In this document: positions 57,915 through 64,000 of the stretch, piece by piece | Layout: each line of letters begins with the position of its first letter | How positions within the stretch are numbered: position 1 is the stretch's first letter | Origin: Methanofastidiosum sp. | GTDB lineage: Archaea; Methanobacteriota_B; Thermococci; Methanofastidiosales; Methanofastidiosaceae | DNA: 64,000 nucleotides | NCBI GenBank assembly: GCA_041678455.1 | Contig: JBAYOH010000002.1 | Location: 4,482-68,481 of the forward strand | Direction of reading: 5' to 3' | Notes under the pieces: model-generated | Told to the model about the DNA's origin: nothing | Databases searched by the model: none | The model's input: the letters and a program-made list of their open reading frames with translations, nothing else | Made by a program: the position numbers and the translations under genes

Positions 57915-59477
57915 TTAATTTTTCTTCAATATCTTCCCAATGTATTCAAAACTTGTTCTTTTTACCTCATCTTTCAAGAATGGAACAAATCTAATAGTAC
58001 CCGCGCCGGGATGCCCACCACCTTGGACTTCTTCTAGGTATAAATCTTTCAACTGTTTTATTATATCGTTAAGATCAAATCCAATTGCTTTTGCCTTATT
58101 TGTTGCCCGAAATACAATATAGTCTTCAGCTATACCTAAACTAATTATAGCTCTTTCATCTTCATTGATCTCATTATCCCAGATATATTTATTGTGAATA
58201 AATCCGAGTGTTCTACCGGGGGAAGGAAACTCTCCCCTGAAGATAAATTTTTCTATATCAATTGTAATAAGATCAAAATTATCGGCAAGATTTTTGATAT
58301 CAAGATGCTGTTTTATCAAATTCCACTGTGAGCTCCTTTTTTTCTCAATTTCATCAAAAATATAACTAATAAGCTTATTTCCTCTATCTTTATCCCCGAG
58401 CATCATTATGTCATCAATATAGCTATTATTGCTAAATCTTCGTAGATAATAGGATTCGTGATCCAGTGTCAATTTAATCTTTTCAAGCTCATCTCTCTTG
58501 AAAGGAGAAATTTCAAGATATTGATCCATTTCACTGCCTTTTGATTTATCCCCAATTCCAGCAAGTGCTGGCAAGTGTATGGCGTAATTATCTATCTCGG
58601 CATCAATCATCCTTGATAATTCATGAACTAACATCCCAGTGCATAGATTTGAATCGCCTGAATAAATGTGTGGATTTATGTGAAATGAAACATACTCGTC
58701 AATAATATATTCACCATCATCTTTTTTTGTAGGTGGGTGATGATCTATTACTCCAATTTCAAAATCATATACATTTGCCCTAAGAATACCTTGTAAATCA
58801 CTATCAGTGCTACCGTTGTCTGTAATAATCAGAAGAGGTTTCTTCTTAGAAAAAGAAAAGTAAAGGTCAATATCTTTCAAAGCATCTTCAAGATCATAAT
58901 ATGGGGCTGCACAAGGCTTTCTGAAGATCTTGCAGTCTTTCTTCTTTTCCTTTTCTACATATGAGCTAATTGCCTTTTCTAAAGAAATCCCTGCTGTGAT
59001 GCCGTCACAGTCGTTGTGATGCCTTATGATGATCATTCTTTCCTGTAAAACTGCTTTCTTTATAGAGGACATCGCAAGCAAAAACTCGTCTTCCATTTTT
59101 TTATAAACTTCAGAAGTCACGAGAAAATCTTGGGCGTCCCGCTTAATTTTATCTAGAAACATAGCGTCAATGTTCTGCTTAATTAGATTCAATTCCTCTT
59201 CATTTAGCCTTTCAAATCTACTTATCTGAAGCTCAACGTTTTCCCTTCTAACAGATAAAGTTCCATAGAATCTGACAAAATCCCCGAGCTTTAATGAATA
59301 GAAATCTACGATTGGATTAAATACAACTGCCCTTATTTCACTACCGTCAAATATCCTGAAAACTAGAGGCCCGCTTGTCTTATAGATGTCAGTGATCTTC
59401 CCTTCCACTGAAACAGTTTGGCCCTCCCTGTCAGGCGATATTTCACTTATTTTCACAGGCATAATATTAAAATTCAT
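57915..59477 (-). CDS. DHH-family phosphoesterase with an N-terminal OB-fold (archaeal RecJ/GAN/Cdc45-like nuclease)
   Basis: DHH motifs IIRHHNDCDGITAG and IGVIDHHPP. The N-terminal 100 aa are OB-like. 520 aa. Confidence 0.6.
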   Translation of the reverse strand: MNFNIMPVKISEISPDREGQTVSVEGKITDIYKTSGPLVFRIFDGSEIRAVVFNPIVDFYSLKLGDFVRFYGTLSVRRENVELQISRFERLNEEELNLIKQNIDAMFLDKIKRDAQDFLVTSEVYKKMEDEFLLAMSSIKKAVLQERMIIIRHHNDCDGITAGISLEKAISSYVEKEKKKDCKIFRKPCAAPYYDLEDALKDIDLYFSFSKKKPLLIITDNGSTDSDLQGILRANVYDFEIGVIDHHPPTKKDDGEYIIDEYVSFHINPHIYSGDSNLCTGMLVHELSRMIDAEIDNYAIHLPALAGIGDKSKGSEMDQYLEISPFKRDELEKIKLTLDHESYYLRRFSNNSYIDDIMMLGDKDRGNKLISYIFDEIEKKRSSQWNLIKQHLDIKNLADNFDLITIDIEKFIFRGEFPSPGRTLGFIHNKYIWDNEINEDERAIISLGIAEDYIVFRATNKAKAIGFDLNDIIKQLKDLYLEEVQGGGHPGAGTIRFVPFLKDEVKRTSFEYIGKILKKN

Positions 59478-59530
59478 AATTGAAAAAACTGATTAAAGTT
59501 TATAAATGAAACTATATTAATCTATAATTA

Positions 59531-60625
59531 ATGGAGTTATGCGAATTCATCGAGGGCGGGACAAAAATAGAAGTTCCAAAATTTGAAAAGGTCACTGCAA
59601 AGACTCCTGTTTTTTACAATCCTAAAATGGCTTTTTCAAGAGATATATCGGTATCGGTAATGAAGGCCATAAAACTAAAAGATTCTGGAAAAGTGCTTGA
59701 CGGACTTTCAGGCTCAGGGATAAGGGGCATCAGGTACATCTTGGAATCGGATGTAGATGTCTATTTCAATGATCACAACCCTTTGGCTGTGAAACTTATT
59801 GAAAAAAATCTTAATTTTAATTCGCTCACAGCTACAGTTACTAAATCGGACTTCAATCATGTTTGCGGGAAGTTTGAAGTTGTTGATATAGACCCCTTTG
59901 GCTCACCTGTGAGATTCTTAGATGGCGCATTCAGAGTCTTAAAAAATGATTCTTTTCTATTTTTAACTGCAACAGATACCTCAGCACTGACAGGTGCACA
60001 TGTGTCATCATGCAAAAGAAAATATGATTCAAAGCCCCTGAAATGCAGTTTTACTCATGAGCTAGCTGTCAGAATCCTGATAGGGAAAGTGGCAAGAAAT
60101 GCTGCAAAATATAATCTAGCTGTAAGGCCATTATTATCCTATACGAAAGAGCATTTTATCAGGACATATTTTGAAGTGAAGTATGGGAAAGAAAGAACTA
60201 ATAAAACTCTAGATAATCTAGGATTTGCACTGAACTGTAAATGCGGGTTTAGAGCAGCTACAGATTCTTTTACACCTCTTTGCCCAAACTGCGGAGAGGT
60301 GGTATCATTTTCACACCCTTTATGGGTCTCAAACATAAAGGACACTAGATTTGTTAGCGGGTGTGTAAAAGAATATGAGTCCTCAGAGCTTCTTCAAGAT
60401 AAACCGCTAGAACTATTGAAAGTAATTGAAAGTGAGATTGATACACCTCTATTTTATGATATCCATGAGATTTCCCATATTTACAAGACTAAAATACCAA
60501 AGACAGAGAAAATGATTAAAAATTTAAAAGAACTAGGATTTGATGCATCACCGACCCATTTTTCACCGACCTCTGTCAAAACAGATGCGGAGATAAATGA
60601 TGTATTGAGGTGTATAAATGGATAA
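59531..60625 (+). CDS. trm1: tRNA (guanine26-N2)-dimethyltransferase Trm1
   Basis: N-terminus EGGTKIEVP...FYNPKMAFSRD and a C-terminal Cys cluster CKCG...CPNCG typical of Trm1. Confidence 0.8.
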   Translation: MELCEFIEGGTKIEVPKFEKVTAKTPVFYNPKMAFSRDISVSVMKAIKLKDSGKVLDGLSGSGIRGIRYILESDVDVYFNDHNPLAVKLIEKNLNFNSLTATVTKSDFNHVCGKFEVVDIDPFGSPVRFLDGAFRVLKNDSFLFLTATDTSALTGAHVSSCKRKYDSKPLKCSFTHELAVRILIGKVARNAAKYNLAVRPLLSYTKEHFIRTYFEVKYGKERTNKTLDNLGFALNCKCGFRAATDSFTPLCPNCGEVVSFSHPLWVSNIKDTRFVSGCVKEYESSELLQDKPLELLKVIESEIDTPLFYDIHEISHIYKTKIPKTEKMIKNLKELGFDASPTHFSPTSVKTDAEINDVLRCING

Positions 60626-61169
60626 GAAAATGTTTGGAAAAATACTTATTGCAATTTCAATAATCGGTCTAATCTTTACTATTTCAATATCTTCCTTTAC
60701 ATTGATAAAAATTAACAATACCTACGAGAAATCTTTGCCACAGTTTAATAAAATAGACCTTATCAAAAATCATGTATATACTTTTGACGAAAATCTAGAT
60801 GAGTTTAATATGTATCTAAAGGATATTGACACAAGAGAATACATACAAAAACTGGCCAACATGAGGTCCTTTATTACCACTTTAAATTCTATAGGGCTTG
60901 GAAGTTTAGTTTCTGGATTAAACGAAGATATAGACAGATTTGAAGGCATCGTAGGAAATCTAGAAGAGCTAAAATTAAATCTTGAATCTGCAAAAAATAG
61001 TTTTTCAGAAATAAAATCATCTCTTGTAGAATATGATACTGTAAAAGAGAGTATACTTAGTTTTGTTAGAACACTTAGGATTTATGTTCTTGGGATGATG
61101 ATATATTCGATCATCCTAAATGGAATACTTCTATACGCCGGTTATTACCTATTAAAATCAAAAGAATAG
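60618..61169 (+). CDS. Membrane-anchored coiled-coil protein
   Basis: 183 aa with TM helices at both ends. It overlaps the trm1 stop. Confidence 0.35.
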   Translation: MDKKMFGKILIAISIIGLIFTISISSFTLIKINNTYEKSLPQFNKIDLIKNHVYTFDENLDEFNMYLKDIDTREYIQKLANMRSFITTLNSIGLGSLVSGLNEDIDRFEGIVGNLEELKLNLESAKNSFSEIKSSLVEYDTVKESILSFVRTLRIYVLGMMIYSIILNGILLYAGYYLLKSKE

Positions 61170-61170
61170 A

Positions 61171-61674
61171 CTATAAGAATCTTTCAAATCTATCCTTTTT
61201 CGCTTTGCATATTGGGCATATTTCAGGCGGCCCTTCTCTTGCACATAAATAACCACATACCTTGCATCGCCAAACAGGATACTTCAAAGAACTAATTTTT
61301 TCTATTTTATTTTCTTTTTGTTTCTTTCTTTCTTCTTCTAAAGGCCTTCTTTCAGGAATAGAACTTAGCTCTTTTTTACCGTCCAAAACTTCCTGTGAAA
61401 CATAAAGTGCGCAGTAACAGGCACCATGCTCATCTAAGTCTGGATCTCTGTAATCACATGGACATATTATATCTAGGTCTTCCTGCTTTACTCCACTAGA
61501 GATTCTGCAAGGACATGCCTGATACCCATATCTATCCTCGTTTACTATAAGCCCTCTGACAAGTTTTTTTGTGAAATCGACATCTGGATTTAGGTGATAG
61601 CCACCAGTTTCAGTGTCTTTCTTTAGTTTTTCATAAAATTTGTTGATTCTGTCTTCAGGCATATCTTCGTACAT
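61171..61674 (-). CDS. Ferredoxin:disulfide reductase (FTR catalytic-subunit-like domain fused to a rubredoxin-like domain)
   Basis: CPC...CPC...CYC FtrB-like cysteines. C-terminal CKVCGYLC...CPIC rubredoxin knuckles. Confidence 0.7.
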   Translation of the reverse strand: MYEDMPEDRINKFYEKLKKDTETGGYHLNPDVDFTKKLVRGLIVNEDRYGYQACPCRISSGVKQEDLDIICPCDYRDPDLDEHGACYCALYVSQEVLDGKKELSSIPERRPLEEERKKQKENKIEKISSLKYPVWRCKVCGYLCAREGPPEICPICKAKKDRFERFL

Positions 61675-61958
61675 TAGGATAGGGCCTCCTTTATTTCTGC
61701 CTCTTTGAATCCGACAATAGTTTTATCGTTGTTAATTACAAGTGTGGGAAAGGAACAGTTCTTGTTGTATTTTTTTACTTTATCGATAGCATATTGTTTG
61801 GCATCTCCATCCAATAGATCAACATAGATAAAACTAAAGTCAACACCCATTTTCATTAACAACTCTTTTGTTTTACCGCACCAGCCACAGGTGCTAAGTG
61901 CGTATAGTTTTACATCTCCTTTGTTCATGCCCTTGACATGCTCAAAATTAAGTTCCAT
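61674..61958 (-). CDS. Thioredoxin/glutaredoxin-like protein
   Basis: 94 aa. The CGWC active site is in Trx-fold context ([18 protein letters not shown]). Confidence 0.65.
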   Translation of the reverse strand: MELNFEHVKGMNKGDVKLYALSTCGWCGKTKELLMKMGVDFSFIYVDLLDGDAKQYAIDKVKKYNKNCSFPTLVINNDKTIVGFKEAEIKEALS

Positions 61959-62168
61959 TTGAAAGCCTCTTCGATATGTTATAGTGGCACTTTGAATATT
62001 TAAATTATACCATTATTGTCTATATAAAGATAAATTTAAATTGTAATCAACAAAACGAAGTATCTAATCACAGAGGGGATTGGATGAAAAAAATCACAAT
62101 ATGATATATATCAAAATATTTGCATCCTATTACAGAGGAAATATCAGAAAAGATTCAAACTCAAATCA

Positions 62169-63209
62169 TTAGATTCCAAGAGATTTAATTTCTCTCGAAA
62201 TCACATCTACTGGATTTTCAAGTTTTGAGAGTATCTTTTTATTGTTATCGTGATAAATGTCTAAATTGTTATCTTTCTCTATAAATTTAATTATCTTCTC
62301 TGAGTCCAAAAGATGAATTTTGAGTCCTTGCTCTATCATTTTCTTTGTAACCGCCAAGAGTTTTTCTGGGTATGTAGTTAGGGCAGGCGTGTTTAGGGCA
62401 ACTGCTTCCCTATTCATACTCCCTCCTGCACTTATGACAAGGTCAGAATAACTCATAAGGCTAAGAGCATCTACAGGCTCTTCTGGAACAATCACGTTAT
62501 CATAGTTAAAAACAGATTTTTGTTCTTCAAATCTCGGGAATACTACAAACTGGTAATCCTTTAGGCATTTTGTTTTTTCAAGTATTGCCTTAATTATAGT
62601 TTTATCCTTGTTTCCATTGTAATAATTTGCCTTCACTGGTTCTGGCCTCATGACAATTGTAAATTTGTCTTCAGAAAGATCCAATTGAGAAATAAAAGAA
62701 TCATCATATTTAAAATCATTAACGTTTGCAATTTCACAAAAACCATTAAAACGAATTACTTGGCTTTCATGCACCCCGTATCTCGTTATTTCTTCGAGAG
62801 CTATTGCATCTGGGGCTATTACTTTCGAGGATAAAGGTAGCATGAGCTTGTTTTGGGCAGTTGCAGTTTCATTGTCTAATATGCAGATTGAGGGGATCCC
62901 AAGTCCATATGACACTCTGGCACCTTCAACTGAATGTTTGTATAGGGCCAAATCAATGTCTTCACTACTGATTATCTCGGAAAGTTCAAGAACTCTCTTT
63001 GAACTTTCAATTAGCTTTGATTTCTTACAAAATCCGCCATGTCTACCCACTACAGTGTGCTTTACTCCATACAAATCTAATAATGCTGAAAGTCCATCAA
63101 AATCTCTAGAAGTAACAAAAGTTTCATGGCCTCTCGATTCGAAATCCCTTATCATGCCCTTGAAAAAGTTTATGTGCGGCGTATTTGATATGTCAATCCA
63201 TACTTTCAT
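62169..63209 (-). CDS. DUF354-like protein, possibly GT-B/epimerase-like fold
   Basis: 346 aa. The N-terminus MKVWIDISNTPHINFF resembles the archaeal DUF354 family. Confidence 0.4.
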   Translation of the reverse strand: MKVWIDISNTPHINFFKGMIRDFESRGHETFVTSRDFDGLSALLDLYGVKHTVVGRHGGFCKKSKLIESSKRVLELSEIISSEDIDLALYKHSVEGARVSYGLGIPSICILDNETATAQNKLMLPLSSKVIAPDAIALEEITRYGVHESQVIRFNGFCEIANVNDFKYDDSFISQLDLSEDKFTIVMRPEPVKANYYNGNKDKTIIKAILEKTKCLKDYQFVVFPRFEEQKSVFNYDNVIVPEEPVDALSLMSYSDLVISAGGSMNREAVALNTPALTTYPEKLLAVTKKMIEQGLKIHLLDSEKIIKFIEKDNNLDIYHDNNKKILSKLENPVDVISREIKSLGI

Positions 63210-63390
63210 CTTTATCGAACTTCAATACTTGGAGATATATTTTAAAGTTTCGGGTATAATTGTTTCATAGACAAAAAAAATAAGTTAAAATTGAACTCTA
63301 ATTTTACAATAGAGTATAAATATAACGTATAACAATTCCTAGACCTTGATTATCACTCATTTTACTATAATAAGGTAAAAAATAATTATA

Positions 63391-63663
63391 CTACCCACCA
63401 TGCGCCGTAGCAAGTATTTTTAGAGTTTCTCCACTTTTAATCGTATCATCTATTGAGGTAAGCATTCTATCGCCGACCATTACAAGCATATATTCATTGA
63501 TTTTTCCATTCTGGATGGCTGCTTTTACAAATTCTTTGTCATACTTATTTGAAATGTAATCAATGATTTCTTTGAAGGTTCTTTGATCGCATGGCACATC
63601 TATCTCGTTTTTTCCTAACATATCCCGATATTCAGCATATAGTTTTACTTTGATCATAGTCAA
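63391..63663 (-). CDS. MoaD/ThiS/SAMP-like beta-grasp protein with C-terminal Gly-Gly
   Basis: 90 aa ending ...AHGG immediately before the stop. The N-terminus MIKVKLYAEYRDMLG resembles MoaD. Confidence 0.6.
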   Translation of the reverse strand: MTMIKVKLYAEYRDMLGKNEIDVPCDQRTFKEIIDYISNKYDKEFVKAAIQNGKINEYMLVMVGDRMLTSIDDTIKSGETLKILATAHGG

Positions 63664-64000
63664 TCTAGAGATAAATCATGCTGCAATCTTTTTAAATGTT
63701 TTGAATTCTTGCTTTGTTGAATAATTCCTCTCAAATGAAGCGAAAAGCTTAAACTCTTTACAAATCCTAATTATTCATGCAAATGGATTGGGCCAAATAT
63801 AATGAACAGTTAATGTAGAGAGGCGAATTTTACCTGTCCTTAGATTTTTTAAGCATGTGGAGGAAAGAGTTAGACCGAATGAACAGGGATAAGCGCGCAT
63901 ATGACGAGAGTCTAAACGCCAGGAGATTTGACATGGCCAAAAAGGAAGCCATGCTAAAGCTTATTCTCTACAGCGCTGTCAAAAATTCTTGCTAAGAAGG

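Noticed and set aside
1-64000. CRISPR arrays, IS elements, integrases and rRNA/tRNA genes.
   Set aside because: No regularly spaced direct repeats. No transposase or integrase-like ORFs. No long GC-rich rRNA-like segment. No cloverleaf-forming sequence was seen in the intergenic regions.

Overview
This 64-kb window is densely coded, AT-rich archaeal chromosomal DNA. I estimate roughly one-third GC by eye. It carries about 60 genes, almost all of them housekeeping, and the lineage looks euryarchaeal.

Recognisable blocks, in order:
- A truncated Nog1-type GTPase.
- A ycaO-tfuA pair, the 'methanogenesis marker 1' peptide-thioamidation pair.
- hemL-hemC and a cobA/hemD fusion, then an ECF S-component-like protein and tyw3.
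- A 16-gene minus-strand operon for a membrane-bound group-4 [NiFe] hydrogenase. It combines an Mrp-antiporter module with an Ehb-like catalytic module and a polyferredoxin.
- leuS, a MarC-family protein and a tandem MgtE/SLC41-like transporter.
- An MBL-fold hydrolase, followed by a GC-rich intergenic stretch of about 290 nt with its own TATA box and oligo-T tail. I think this is an unannotated structured ncRNA.
- Genes for secreted or cell-surface proteins.
- A tetrahydrofolate C1 module: fhs, a 5-formyl-THF cycloligase, an MFS transporter, folC, folD and glyA.
- An lrp-type regulator with glnA, then dph5.
- A gene for a 934-aa tandem-repeat coiled-coil protein.
- The conserved archaeal block pus10-rpl21e-rpoF-DUF655-ksgA, with an unknown DDxxD protein translationally coupled to ksgA.
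- An orphan membrane histidine kinase with a cupin.
- A preQ0/archaeosine-precursor operon (folE2-queD-queE-queC) followed by a tRNA-binding-domain protein.
- A geranylgeranyl reductase and a pyrF-pyrE-pyrD block with two amidohydrolases.
- A frameshifted UDG-like gene, a RecJ/GAN-like DHH nuclease and trm1.
- A ferredoxin:disulfide reductase (FTR-rubredoxin fusion) with a thioredoxin, a DUF354-like protein and a MoaD/SAMP-like beta-grasp protein.

I found no rRNA, tRNA, CRISPR array or mobile element.

The most notable points are these:
- The ncRNA candidate.
- The combination of methanogen-style modules (YcaO-TfuA, Ehb-like hydrogenase, FDR) with folate-based rather than H4MPT-based C1 enzymes.
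- The hybrid hydrogenase architecture.
- The repeat protein.
- The tRNA-binding protein appended to the preQ0 operon.
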